Shown here one piece after another: positions 1 to 12,131 of a DNA stretch of 37,401 nt. The notes under the pieces are model-generated. The model worked only from the letters and a program-made list of their open reading frames with translations, was not told where the DNA came from and made no database searches. The first letter of the stretch is position 1. Each line of letters opens with the position of its first letter. The stretch is from Toensbergia leucococca. Its lineage: Eukaryota. A program made the translations under genes and the position numbers. The stretch covers positions 1 through 37,401 of the forward strand of contig JALDZS010000214.1 in NCBI GenBank assembly GCA_022813965.1, given 5' to 3'.

Positions 1-1660
1 TCCTCGTGCTTCTTCAGATGCGTTCTTGCCTTTAAATTCTGTTCTTTGCGCAGAGCATCGATCCTGAGCCTTTTTTCATCAATCACGTTCTTGCTTCCCT
101 TCTTTCTCAAGTACTTCCGTAAGCTACTGTTCTTCCCCCTTCCCCTATTCTTCAACTTTGATAATGGATCCTCTGGCTTTCTATCCAGGTCTGCTTCCTT
201 TTTGCGCGTTTCCGCCGATGCTAGGTCCAAATTACCGACATAGTCGGGATTGAGTGAGATCATTTCCGGCTGCAGCTTATCCAAAAGTGCCTTCACTTCG
301 CGCTCTTGCCGTTGCTTGGTGTTTTCGTACGGGTTCACTTCCATGGCATCGAAATTGGGCTCGCCGGCACCGGGAACGATAATACTCGAAAAGCCTTTGT
401 CGTGGGAAATGCCCAAAATGTCCTCAAAGGGACACCACCGAACCCGCTCGATACGCTTGGCTTCTCCGCCCCAGGCCATGTATGGGCTTTGTACTTTCTC
501 CTGGTCTTGCCTTGCTTTGTCAAAAAGACCTCTCCATACAGAGATTTGCGTACCCCAGCCAACGGCTGTAGGACCCCGGTCACTGATGGCCAGCGAGGAG
601 CCGGGTTGGCGCAGGAAATAATTGTTGACTTCTTTAAACATTCGGATGTCCCAGACGGCCATTCTCAAGTCTTGGCCTGTGCTGACCATGTATCTTCCTT
701 CGCGGTCGATGGCCATGGAGCGCACCGGTCCTCGATGTGCGAGGAGTTTCACCAGAGGGGTAGTTGAGTTTGGTGACCACAAAGTCACAGAGCCATTTTG
801 GTGGCCTACATGTATGATTGCATTGCTTGGATTCTGTGTAAGGGAAGTCGGAGAGCCTAGTCGTGTTGGCATCTCAATGATCATTTGACCTGTGGATGTA
901 TCGGTATACTTGAGGTAGCCAGCCTTACCCTAAGAGAGCTTAGCATCGACTCGATTAGTCTCAATGCGAGTTTTGGACTTACAATTGTGGCAAGAAGGAA
1001 ATGATATGGGAGAAACTCCATATTAGTAACCTCAATATGCTTCTGCAGACAATGAAGCTCCACACCTGCATGATCGTAGATGTAAACATACTTCTTTTGC
1101 GCTACGGCGAAGTATTGATCATTGTGCAACCACTTTGCATCTTTGACGGTCTCCCGCAATTGCAACTCGCATCCCAATTCTCCTCCCCTCCAGTCCATGG
1201 TAGAAACATGGCCTTTCCTTCCAGCGAGCAGAAGACCCCGTCCATTGCGCGTGTAGTCGGCGATGTAAGGCCCCAACCCTTCCAGTTTAAGCTCGAAACC
1301 TTTCTTTGCTGTTTCAACGGCAACATCCCTCCGTATATCATCTTGCCGGACTTTGTATGTTTTTTCAAGCTCTCCTTCGGGCTCGAGATAGCCTGATTCA
1401 TTCTCAAGTAATATCTCGGCGTCTTTCGCTTTGAGAGTAGCGTCCTTGTACTTGGTCTCTAGACCTTTGAGATTGCTTCGCAATTTCTTGTCCTTAATGC
1501 TGCGGGTAGATATTTTGCGACCTCGACCATAGATTTTTTGGGCTTCGGTCGTACGGCGTTGCAATTCGGCTGCTTCGGCATCATGAGGTTTTCGTGCAAT
1601 CGCCGTCAATGATTTCTGAGGAAGTGCCTTGTGAGTGATAAGCCCCACCTCTTCCTCCAT
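1..1660 (-). CDS. UTP7: U3 snoRNA-associated SSU processome WD40 protein Utp7 (WDR46/BING4 family); 3' end runs off the window
   Basis: Exon 1 is 1660-983 (GYLEPEGELEKTYKV, YTRNGRGLLLAGRKGHV, MEFLPYHFLLAT). Intron 982-930 reads GTAAGT..GCTAAG..TAG. Exon 2 is 929-<1 (GKAGYLKYTDTSTGQ, HVGHQNGSVTLWSPN, DILGISHDKGFSSIIVPGAGEPNFD). Confidence 0.93.
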
Positions 1661-2036
1661 GATTGCACTTTCGTGGGGTGAATGGTAGGAAGCAAGGTTT
1701 ACTCTATTCTAGTGCCCGCCAAGATTTGGCCAAGATTTGGTCTCGGCTATGATAAGATAGTATCACACAATATCTCAATGATTGTAAAGATCTTTTGGAT
1801 GTTGAAGGAAAACAAGACCAGGTGTAAGACAAGGTAATGAAAGGTGCGAAGAGGACTACTCCAGGAAAAGGCCCTACTCAAGTCTCAGAAGAGAATATCT
1901 GCGAAGACAATCGTTCTAGATAGTGACATATCCGATATCCCAACTTCACATCATCATAGTCTTCTCCACGTCGCCCGTAACAGCAATAAGCTCCAAGGTG
2001 GCTTCTCTACCATACAGGTTCAAAGCCGGCAAGACA
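1661..2036. promoter_or_regulatory. Putative bidirectional promoter between UTP7 and TSR1
   Basis: 376-bp gap between two divergent start codons. Contains a tandem GCCAAGATTTG x2 at 1718-1739. Confidence 0.45.
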
Positions 2037-4560
2037 ATGGCTCCTGTCTCCGGTGATCACCATCACCACCCTACTACAAAAGCCTCCCACAAACCTTTCA
2101 AGTCGAGGCATGCCACTAAAGGATTCATCAAAGAATTATCCAAAGGCAATACAGCATGCATGTTCTTCGTCTTCTGATACTGACTATATGCTAGGTAAAA
2201 TCGAAAACGGGGAAAAAGGAAGCCGTAAAACCCCCCACCAACAAGTCATGTCCAAGATTAATCGGCGCCATCAAGCACGCCAAAAGCAGCAGATGAAGCA
2301 TGAACAAAACATCAAGTCTACTAGTATCTTTTCGGGGCAGAATGGTGCTCCACGAATTGTTGCAGTAGTACCTCTATGCTCAGATGGCGATGCAGCTTCG
2401 GCGATTGACAAGCTTAACAGAGGATTTGATCCCGAAGCTAATGTGTCAATTGGGGGTGTGACAGAAGTGCGTATTGATAGATTCAAGCAGAACATTGCCT
2501 ACATACCTATACAGCGTGATTTGCTGAGTGCGCTTGATGCCTGTCGAGTAGCAGATTTTGTCGTCTTTTTATTATCGCCAACCCAGGAGCCTGACGATGC
2601 CGGCGAGATGATACTCAGGGCTATAGAAGGCCAAGGTGTCTCAAACGTCTTTACCATGGTTCAAAACCTTGACAAGATTGAGCCGCCAAAAAAGCGATCG
2701 CAGGTGGTCACATCTTTGAAATTATACGTTACCCATTTCTTTCCAGCTCAGGAGAAGGTGCATTCGCTTGACTCGGAACGCGAGTGCGATAATATTATCC
2801 GTTCTTTGTGCACAACATCACCCAAAGGTGTGGGATGGCGAGAGAACAGAAGCTGGATGCTGGTTGAGAGTATTGCGTGGCCAACAGAGAATCAATCTGA
2901 TGCACAGGGTGAAGCCATTATCACTGGGGTAGTACGCGGCAGAGGACTGAGAGCAAATCGACTTGTGCAGGTAGGGGATTGGGGGGATTTTCAAATCGAG
3001 AAGATCACGGCAGCACCACTCCCGACTTCCAAGAAACGCAAAGTAGATGAAATGATGGTAGACACAGATACGAAAGGGGAAGTCATCTTAGAGATCCCGG
3101 ACGAAGACCAAGATAATCTCACAGAGCTTGCTCCAGATGAAGTTAACATGGATGATGTCGATGACCTAGCAGTATCTGAAGCACCTACTGAGAAGAGAGG
3201 AGTACTCCTCGACGACCACCACTACTTCTCCGACGACGAAACACATCTTCCGGACGCACCCAAGCGTTTACCAAAAGGCACTTCCTCTTATCAAGCCGCA
3301 TGGTTCCTCGGCGACATGTCAGACTCCGGCTCTGACACCGAAGAGGAACTTGACAACGACGGAGATCTAGTAATGGACACTCCTGCCCTACCCCAAGACG
3401 GATTAGAGGGCTTGACCAAACTCACCCAAGGCGCCTGCACCGAAGGCGGCCTATCCGAGTACCCCGAATCAGAGATGTTCCTCGATCCATCCCCCTCAGA
3501 CGAAGCCGCCCAACTCGCCGCCTACCGCTCCCAACGCAAAACCAAAGCAAAAGAAGATCTCGAATTCCCGGACGAAATCGAGCTGTACCCCAACGTCCTA
3601 GCCCGCGAACGCCTTGCCCGATATCGTGGCCTCAAAAGCCTCCGAACAAGCCGCTGGGAAACGTCCGAAGATAAAGCCCACGAACCAGCCGACTGGACCC
3701 GCCTCCTCCAAATTCCAGATTACCGCAAAGCTCTCAAGCACACCGTCCGCGAAACCCTCATCGGCGGCGTCCAGCCCGGCACGCGCGTAAACATCCACCT
3801 CCGCAACGTACCCCTTTCCCTCCAACACCACCCCACAGCCAGCAAACCCCTCGCACTCTTCTCCCTCCTGCGCCACGAACACAAACACACAACCCTAAAC
3901 ATAACCATCACCCTCCCCTCCACCTACCCTGCCCCCTTGAAATCAAAACAGCCCCTGCTTCTCCAATGCGGTCCCCGCCGCCACGCCATCACCCCGCTCT
4001 TCTCCCAAACCGGTACCAACCCAAACAACATCCACAAATACATCCGCTACCTTCACCCGGGTCAAACCGCCATGGCCACCTTCACCGGCCCCCTAACCTG
4101 GGGCACGACCCCCGCTCTCTTCTTCCTCCCCTCCGCCCCTCAAGCCACCACCCCCTCCCCCACCCCAACTCTAATCGCAACCGGCACCACAACCCCCCCC
4201 TCCCAAACCCGCATCATCGCAAAACGCATTATCCTAACCGGTCACCCCTTCAAAATCCACAAAAAACTCGTCACCGTCCGCTACATGTTCTTCAACGCCG
4301 AAGACGTGAACTGGTTCAAGGCCTTGCAGCTGTGGACCCGGCGGGGCAGGAGCGGGTTCGTGAAGGAGAGTTTGGGGACGCATGGGTATTTTAAGGCGAC
4401 TTTTGATCGGGGCGTTAATCCGCAGGATGCGGTGGGGGTTAGTCTTTATAAGAGGGTTTGGCCCAGGGGGTGTGGGAGGTGGGGTGGGGAGGGAAGTGAG
4501 GTTGGCGGTGGAGATGCTGGGGATGGGGAGGGGGGGTTGGTGGTTGGTAGCGGTATCTGA
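2037..4560 (+). CDS. TSR1: Pre-40S ribosome biogenesis protein Tsr1 (inactive Bms1-like GTPase fold, AARP2CN and DUF663 domains)
   Basis: Exon 1 is 2037-2145 (MAPVSGDHHHHPTTKASHKPFKSRHATKG). GC-AG intron 2146-2194. Exon 2 is 2195-4560 with EFPDEIEL, ARERLARYRGLKSLRTS, RIIAKRIILTGHPFKIHK, GFVKESLGTHGYFKATFD and LYKRVWP. Confidence 0.95.
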
Positions 4561-4892
4561 TGGGACTGAGTCAAAAATGGTTTAAAAAGAAACAAAAGTA
4601 GTGCGGCTTAAGAGCTGGAAAAATCTAGTCATGGCTTCAGTCATGACTGAGCAAGTACATGTTTTTTCAGCGGCACCTCGAAGCTTGATGATTTGGGACG
4701 TTTCGAATCTCCCAAATCGCGATATCATAGCCAGTCTTCTGTCACGATCTCAGTCCACAAAAAAATGAGGCCGATCCTAAAAAAAGCCCGCTCCCGACCA
4801 AAGCAAAAAACTCCCCCCAACGAACCACCCAAACTCAACCACCCCTCCTCCCCTCTCCCTCACCCCACCCAAAGAAAAAGCCAAAAACAAAA

Positions 4893-6050
4893 TCACGAAA
4901 AATCCTCCCCCTTCTCCTCAATCCCATTCTTGACCCTCAACAAAATCGTCGTCTTCCACTTGTCCAACTTGCTCAACTGATCATACTGGAACAATTTATC
5001 CGCAAAAGCCTCCTGGTCGCCTTGCTCGACTGCCTCGGCGAGGTCGACGAGGAGTTGGTGTTCGCGGGTGGAGGCGAAGGTGGGGTCGAGGTCGCGGTAG
5101 GTTTCTAGAGCTCGGGTGGTGGCAACTAGATCCTGAGCCACCGGGGAAGGGGGGGTTTAGTTTGATAGATTTAATTGATAGGGAGGTTTTGAAGAGGGAA
5201 AGAGGGAAGGGGGAAGGGGGGGGACAAACATTTGTGGCCAGGTGGCACATTCCTGCTTTTAGGAAATAGTCTTTTACGGACCATTTCATCAGGTTGTTGC
5301 TGACGGATGATTTTGCTACTTTTTCGTAGTTTTCGATGGATTTGTAGTAGTCGGATGTCAGGGCGGCGAGGTCGGCGACTTTGAGGTAGAGTTTATTGGA
5401 TAGGCTGGAGTTTTTATTGTATTAGTTTTGGAGTTTTTGATTCCTGCTTTTTCGTTGTTGGAAAGGTCGTGCTTACGCTTCGGCGTTATCGGTCTCGAAC
5501 CATCCCGCCGCAATCTCGTATGCTTCAACGGCTCGCTTCTCGTCCCCAAGCTCCACTTCGTACACCTCGGCTAGATTCTGCTGGTGCGTGGCTGCGCGGC
5601 GAAAGTTGCCTTTGGATGTGTAGTGGTTGATAGCTTGTTGCAGCACTCGTGCTGCGTCCTCGGGGTCGGATTTACGGTAGCATTTGAAGGCTTCTTGGAG
5701 GGTGTTTGCGGCGTCGTCGGGTTCGTTGAGATTCTTGGTTTGGATGCCTGCGGCTCGCTCGAATGCTAAGCCGGCTTCTTTGGCTATGGTGAGGAAAGCA
5801 GGTCAGAGACTGTGGAGCTAGTGAGAGGGCTGGACTTGCTTTGCTTTTGCATCCGGAATGCATTTGCGGCTTGGGTGTAGAGGTCTGCTGCATTCTCGTA
5901 CTTCTCGGTTCGGCCGCCGAAGAGACTGAAGCCGCCGCCGGCGCCTTGGATCGCTTTGTCTGCCTAGGCTGCTGGTCAGGGGGATTGTGAGGCGATGGTG
6001 GGGATTGGTGGGGATACCTTTTGCAGCAGAGCCCGCGGATCTTGTGTCAT
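4893..6050 (-). CDS. SEC17: Alpha-SNAP vesicular fusion protein Sec17
   Basis: Five exons: 6050-6018, 5963-5840, 5783-5477, 5404-5230, 5132-4893. The joined protein reads MTQDPRALLQKADKAIQGAGGGFSLFGG..KGNFRRAATHQQNLAE..MKWSVKDYFLKAGMCHLA..DPTFASTREHQLL..YDQLSKLDKWKTTILLRVK..EDFS. Confidence 0.94.
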
Positions 6051-6273
6051 GGTGCTACTCTTGGATGTTCCTCATGAGACTTTAATGGAGGAGTCTGCGC
6101 CGAGGGAGGATTGTCTATGTAATAAAGTAATAGATTGAATGGACTATTCGATGGCCTGACGTACTTCGGACTTGGGTGCACACTAGCGTGCTGTCCGAGT
6201 GATGCCTACCTGTACCTTAGCTCAACCTCTGCACATCTTCTTCTTCTTCTGTAATATGTGTCCAGAAGTCATA

Positions 6274-6876
6274 ATGATGCCTGTATTCATGTATAAAAGG
6301 GTTTTGGATATTCACAAAAATTGCTTTCATCTGTCACAAGCATTTCCACGCGCTGCGCACCGCCGCCTGCAAATGTCACGAAATCTTTCAAGCGCCGCGA
6401 AAGATCACGCTGAGATCGCAGCAATGCTTGCCAAACCCTCATGGTCAGTCCAATCGCTCTTTGAGACCCAAGTAGCTCCACAGTCCGACACTGCAATATC
6501 CAAAACCCAACTCCACCACCTCCTTCGCCTTTCTGCATTGCCACTGCCAACATCTGAAGCCGAAGAAGCAAGCATGATAAAGAATCTTGAATCTCAGCTC
6601 CAATTCGTAAAGGCAATACAGCAAGTTGATACGGAAGGAGTCAAGCCGCTGCAGAGTATACGGGATGAAAGCGAGGAGGCAGAAAAGGAGAATGAGATCG
6701 GGCTGGAGACTTTGAGGGAAGAATTTGAGAAGGAGGTCGTTGTTGGGCGGAGAGGGCGAATCAGGAAGAAGAAAGATCTGCCCGTCGATACTACGGGTGT
6801 GGAGGACTGGGATGCCCTTGCTCAGGCACCGAAGAGGCTGGGCCGGTACTTTGTGGTCAACACTGAAAAGGATTGA
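6274..6876 (+). CDS. Mitochondrial glutamyl-tRNA(Gln) amidotransferase small subunit (GatC/GatF-like, fungal Gta3 family)
   Basis: Motifs PSWSVQSL, LHHLLRLSALP, LESQLQFVKAIQQVDTEGVKPLQSIRDE and C-terminal GRYFVV resemble GatC-like subunits. The N-terminus is basic and presequence-like. Start uncertain among ATGs at 6256, 6274, 6277 and 6289. Confidence 0.75.
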   Translation: MMPVFMYKRVLDIHKNCFHLSQAFPRAAHRRLQMSRNLSSAAKDHAEIAAMLAKPSWSVQSLFETQVAPQSDTAISKTQLHHLLRLSALPLPTSEAEEASMIKNLESQLQFVKAIQQVDTEGVKPLQSIRDESEEAEKENEIGLETLREEFEKEVVVGRRGRIRKKKDLPVDTTGVEDWDALAQAPKRLGRYFVVNTEKD

Positions 6877-7311
6877 AGACTTCAGCTTGGGACAAGCGTA
6901 TGTCTCATCTATCACTACGATTATTGAAGGGTTATACGATCTATCCTCGTCATCCATGTCTCGTCTGGGCTCTTTATCACAACATCCTATTGGGTACTTG
7001 GAACTAAATATAGTGTCTTCCTGGAAGGCGCAGCACTCGCTATAAGATTTCTCGATTCCGTTATCACTGAACTGTCAAGGGTGCTCAACAATCAAAGGTA
7101 GCAGCTCTTCCTACCACGGAGGCATCATACTATAGAGGTTGATAGGTATGCCTTACCTTCCAACACACGGAAACAGTCATGCGTGAGTTGTGATGATCTA
7201 GAGCATAAGACCGGATAGATGCGATTCAGAATCGCGAAATGATCCGCTGAGACACAGGGATGCCCAAAGGCATTGAAAAGATTGCTAGACGTGGGTTGAG
7301 GAGTCTTTATA

Positions 7312-8625
7312 TTATGATGACGATAGTTTTGCTAAGACAGCCTTTCCGGCTCTGCTATCGTTAGGTCTTCCTAGTTCTTTGGAGATCCATGCACCGATCT
7401 CGGCCACTTTCTCTAGATCTACACCTGTTGTGGCGCCAAGGCTGTGCAGGCAATGTAAAAGATCTTCAGTTGCTACATTTCCCGTGGCGCCTTTTGAGTA
7501 GGGACATCCACCTAGGCCAGCAACACTACTATCGAACGTCCGAATACCGTGTTCAAGACCTACCACTGCATTCACTAGCGCCTGCCCATAGGTGTCGTGA
7601 AAGTGGAGCGCAAGATCCTTGCTTGCTACTCCAGATGCAGACAATACTTTTAGGAGCTCCAGAGTTCGAGGAGCTGTCCCCATACCCGTTGTATCTGCTA
7701 TAGAAACCTCATCTGCGCCCATTGCCAACAGACTTGCAGTGATCTCAGCCACATTAGATGGAGAGACATCAGGCCCTTCATAGGGGCATCCTAAGGCCAC
7801 TGATACGTAGCCACGCACACGAAGATTTTGAGATTTTGCGAGAGAAATGATAGGCTTACACCGCTGAAGAGATTCAGCGATTGTACAGTTTGTATTTGCT
7901 TTCGAGAAGGCTTCTGTCGCTGCTAGAAATAAAGATATTTCCGTCGTGTGTGACGACAAAGCTGGTTTTGAGTGTCCTGTCAGATCATCTAATCCTGCAG
8001 TACTTGAAGGCATCTCATTGGGATCCTCTGAGGATGTAATTGGTGCTGTTTCTTCTTGGTTTGGATCAGGCGATGGGGGAGGGGTTGGTGGAGCGTTTGG
8101 GTCTTCGGGAGAAGTAAGTGGGGCAGACTCGTCCTCTGATTGTTCATTTTTTCCAGACGCTTGAAGAAAGGTTTGTAGTCCTTTCAGATTTGGAACGAGA
8201 AAATTGAATGCTATTGGTTGGGATGCTGACGGAGGTTGGCCAAGGAGATGATTCAGGACCTCTGCTGAGTTTGCCATCTACGCGCAGGATTGCGATGTTA
8301 GCCAATAATTCAGCTGTAAAGCGATCTCTCAATTGCCATGTTATGTGAATCAAAATCGAGTTGAATGCCGTACTTGAGGTACCCATTTGGGCGCAACAAA
8401 CGAGCCAGCCTCTATATCTCGCAGGCCGGTTTGGGCCAGACGTCGTATAAGCTCAATCTTCGTATTGAGAGGTATCGAATTCTTTTCATTCTGTAAGCCA
8501 TCTCTTGGCCCCACCTCGACAATGCGAACTTCACCTGCTCGATAGTATGGAGTAATTGAGAAACTCCTTTGAAGGCATCGGCATCTGAAGAGGTTCATGG
8601 TTCTAACGCACAGAGAAGATGCCAT
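7312..8625 (-). CDS. Hydroxymethylglutaryl-CoA lyase (DRE-TIM metallolyase), mitochondrial-type N-terminus
   Basis: Exon 1 is 8625-8374 ([30 protein letters not shown]). Intron 8373-8278. Exon 2 is 8277-7312 ([47 protein letters not shown]). Confidence 0.94.
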
Positions 8626-8869
8626 GACTCCAGAGAGTTTTTAGGCGGGTTACTTTCCAGATTGTAATTGTATAGTAGGCAGGTAGTGGAGAAGCAGGAG
8701 GTGGAAATAAAGATTGACGTGCCATCGGTAGCGAGAGATATGGCGGGGAACCCCTGTCTAGTCGTTGTCGGCAGCATCGGCGCTTGGCAATCTAAAATGC
8801 ATGACATCGCCGCAAACTTATTTCTATTTTGACAACCCCCCTCAAGTCCCTCCACCTTTTATTTCAACC

Positions 8870-10287
8870 ATGGAAGCCGATAGAGCCGCGGCAAATATAG
8901 GTGGGATCGGTGATATTGATCATGATCTTTACAAGGAGGAGAAAGTACGACAGCCTAAGAAAAGATTTATTGGACGGAAAGCGGCGGCAGAAAGGGCAGA
9001 TCGGAAGGATGACTTGGCCGGTACTATCGAAGCCAGTGGAGCAATACAGGGTATGGCAGTATCGACACCTCGGGAACAAAGTAGTTAGAGTATATTGTTA
9101 ATAATTCATAATCAGTCTCGCAACCCAGAAGAATAGCCAGAAGTCTCAACCAAGTCCCTCCCGAAATTCAGGATGACCCCGAAATCATCCAAGCCATCTC
9201 TCTACTTCCCCCAAATTACTCCTTTGAAATCCCCAAAACCATTCACCGCGTTCGAACCTCTGGCTCGAAGAAGATAGCCCTTCAATTTCCGGAAGGATTG
9301 CTCATGTTCGCAACCACCATCTCCGACATCCTTACTCGCTTCTGCCCTGGTAGTGAGACTTTGATCATGGGTGATGTTACCTATGGCGCGTGCTGTATTG
9401 ATGATTATACCGCTCGAGCTTTAGGCTGCGACTTGCTGGTACATTATGCTCATAGCTGTCTCATACCGGTAGACGTAACAAGAATCAAGACGCTCTATGT
9501 CTTTGTCGACATTAGTATTGATACATCCCATCTCCTTGCAACCTTGGAGCGAAACTTCCAGCCTGGTAAAACAATCGCCATGGTCGGGACCATCCAATTC
9601 AACGCCACCCTCCACACCGTAAAACCCGACCTCGAGCGCGCAGGTTTCAAAATCTCGATCCCTCAAATCGCACCCTTAAGCAAAGGAGAAATCCTAGGTT
9701 GCACATCTCCAAAGCTCCCAACCGATGCAGCCGACTTGATCCTCTATCTCGGCGACGGCCGCTTCCATCTCGAATCCGCCATGATCCACAATCCATCCTT
9801 ACCAGCCTATCGCTATGACCCATATTCGCGAAAGCTAACGCGCGAGACCTATGATCATAACGAAATGCACGACTTACGCCGCCAAGCCATCAACACTGCT
9901 AAAACTGCCAAGAAATGGGGCCTGATCCTCGGCTCTCTGGGTCGACAAGGAAACCCGCATTCAATGACCCTCATAGAAAACAGCCTCAACGAGCAAGGCA
10001 AGCCATTCATCAACCTTCTCCTCAGCGAGATTTTTCCCGGCAAGCTGGCCATGATGGACGATATCGACTGCTGGGTCCAAATCGCTTGCCCGAGACTGAG
10101 CATAGACTGGGGCTACGCTTTCCCCAAACCGTTACTGACGCCATACGAAGCGCTCGTTGCGCTAGGAGATCGACAGGAGTGGGAGAAAGGTAACGGGGGT
10201 GTTTATCCTATGGATTTCTATGCCAAGGACGGGCTTGGGAGGACCAAGGAAGGGGATGTTACTCCTTTGGTCGAACAGAAGGCCTAG
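8870..10287 (+). CDS. DPH1: Diphthamide biosynthesis protein 1 (2-(3-amino-3-carboxypropyl)histidine synthase subunit 1)
   Basis: Exon 1 is 8870-9050. Intron 9051-9115 reads GTATGG..CAG. Exon 2 is 9116-10287 with [53 protein letters not shown] and YPMDFYA. Confidence 0.96.
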
Positions 10288-12106
10288 ATAAAGCGGACTT
10301 CTTCCTGTCACCTGGCTGTCTCTTAGGCGAGAGGAGTAAATCCCTTAAGTAGGAGATTATTCGTTCTCTAGGCTGTTGCGTCACATTTCGCATACTCTAC
10401 AACCTAGACGCTGGGGTTGCGATATCGAGAAAGGCGGTCAGAGCATCTGCTGCTCTAGACGTCAGATCTACATGGCGAGCGGAGGCGATGTGAAAACTTT
10501 GAAGGATGTTGGAGAAGGAGTACAGCTGTGGCTATAGATACATATGTGATGGCAGGAGTAGGTAGGCTAGTAGCACAGTAGGTGCTGTCATAAGGGGGAA
10601 ACAGGGAGATTTACCACTTTCTTTCAGTTTCAGGAAGAGTCGTTGAAGGTGTGATGGATCATTTGTCCCATTGGCGCTCTGGGATAACGCTTTTCTTTCT
10701 TTTTTTTTTTTTACGTGAAGGGGTTTTTGAGGGGAGGGTTGGAACCCGCTTGAGTTTCTGTGGTCGATTTGGGATTTGAGTTTTTTTTTCAAGAAAAGGA
10801 GGGAGAGGGAGGGGGGTGATGAGAGACGCACTTCTCGCTTTCGGAGCTTGTGAACAAGTTCAGCTCTTTCTTTTGTCAACCCAATCCCCTTTGCCCCCCG
10901 CCCCCCCCCCATCACCCTGAAACCATTTCCAAAAGCGAAAAATTCCCCCTTTTTGTTTTCTTTCTTCTTCTCTCTCCGCCGGCTTGATTTTCTTTGGTGT
11001 TTGGGAATTTTTCTGTGCAATATTGAAAATTGGAGATATCAGTCTTTTTTCGTAAGCCGTTTCATCTTCTGAGAGGTTGATGTGGTTGTGTATTATGTTA
11101 TGTTTGTGGACTACAGACCCAGTTAAGTAGATTTTGTACAAGAGGTAAGGAATTCCTCAGGCAAGCTTTCTTCGAGAATAAGGACTCTGATTACATTCAT
11201 CAAGACTATTCTTCCTACTCCTCGCCTTTTCATGTCCCGTCTTCTTCTCGCCTCTTTCTCCCAACATTCTTATAGCCTCTTTCACTCCTCCCCCTTCCCC
11301 CCCACCCCACCCCCCGGGGGCTTCTTCCCCACCTCGCCGATCCTTCCAAAAACTACAAAGGAGAGTCTTCCAAAGAACATGAATGAACTCAATCAGAAAA
11401 AATCCGAATGTTTTTTCAATGACAGAGGCAGATATAGGTGAGATTTGTTCCTAGTGGTTTGGAGGGGTGTTTGTGGATTAAACAAGAAAACGGAAAGGGG
11501 GGTAGATGCGTGGCTTTAGAAGTGAGAGGGAAAAACTTTGACTAACTGGGATGCCACACACATGATATCCATCCTGTTCCAAATCTCCGTCACATCTTCA
11601 ATTTCGCAAAAGAAGTTTAATACGGATTGTTACTTTTTTTTGGGGGTGTGTATATATTTTACCCCAGGGGTAACTTTTTCAATTCCTGGCAGTAAAATAG
11701 GCTTGTTATCAATCAAAAGACTAGTCTGGTCGCTGAGCATTTTGTTTCTAAAAGTGGCCTTTCCTTGGTATCGTCACCCACTCTGACAAACAAAAATAAT
11801 ATTGCCTTGGAGCGAGTAGGGAAGTTCTATCAGGATCACAAACTTGCTCCGTTTGTTGGAAGCTGGAGGGACAGAGGCGAAGGGGGGAAGAGGTTGAAGG
11901 GGGTAAATTGAGATGATAGCTAGGTTTGGTATGCGGGCTTAATGGGAGGGACAAAGACATGCGCGATTCAGAGGTAACGGTATCACTCGCGGCGCGTGTT
12001 CTGAAGCTTGGAATCTTGAATTCTTTTATTATTGATAACGACTTTGATATCCCAGGACAAAGGATGGCAAGACATATGAGGTAGATCTCGTAAGGTAATA
12101 TTCCAT

Positions 12107-12131
12107 TATCATATATCATATATCATATATC
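12107..12131. repeat. Short (TATCATA)n tandem repeat
   Basis: tatcata tatcata tatcata tatc, read directly. Confidence 0.75.

Noticed and set aside
46..888. Plus-strand ORFs in the track overlapping UTP7 (likewise antisense ORFs inside TSR1, DPH1, the aminotransferase and the bromodomain gene)
   Set aside because: These are antisense or alternative-frame shadows of well-supported conserved genes.
7183..7255. Possible box C/D snoRNA (GTGATGA at 7190, CTGA at 7247, internal palindrome GCGATTC-A-GAATCGC)
   Set aside because: The span is short, the terminal stem weak and there are no clear C'/D' boxes. The only rRNA complementarity I could see is 8 nt, compatible with chance in a convergent 3' UTR gap.
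10532..11760. Minus-strand ORF fragments and intron-like signals (e.g. MLSDQTSLL.., EQISPISAS.., Lys-rich 10532-11020) suggesting a decayed gene
   Set aside because: I could not assemble a consistent stop-free model or recognise any family. The ORFs are largely driven by homopolymer runs.
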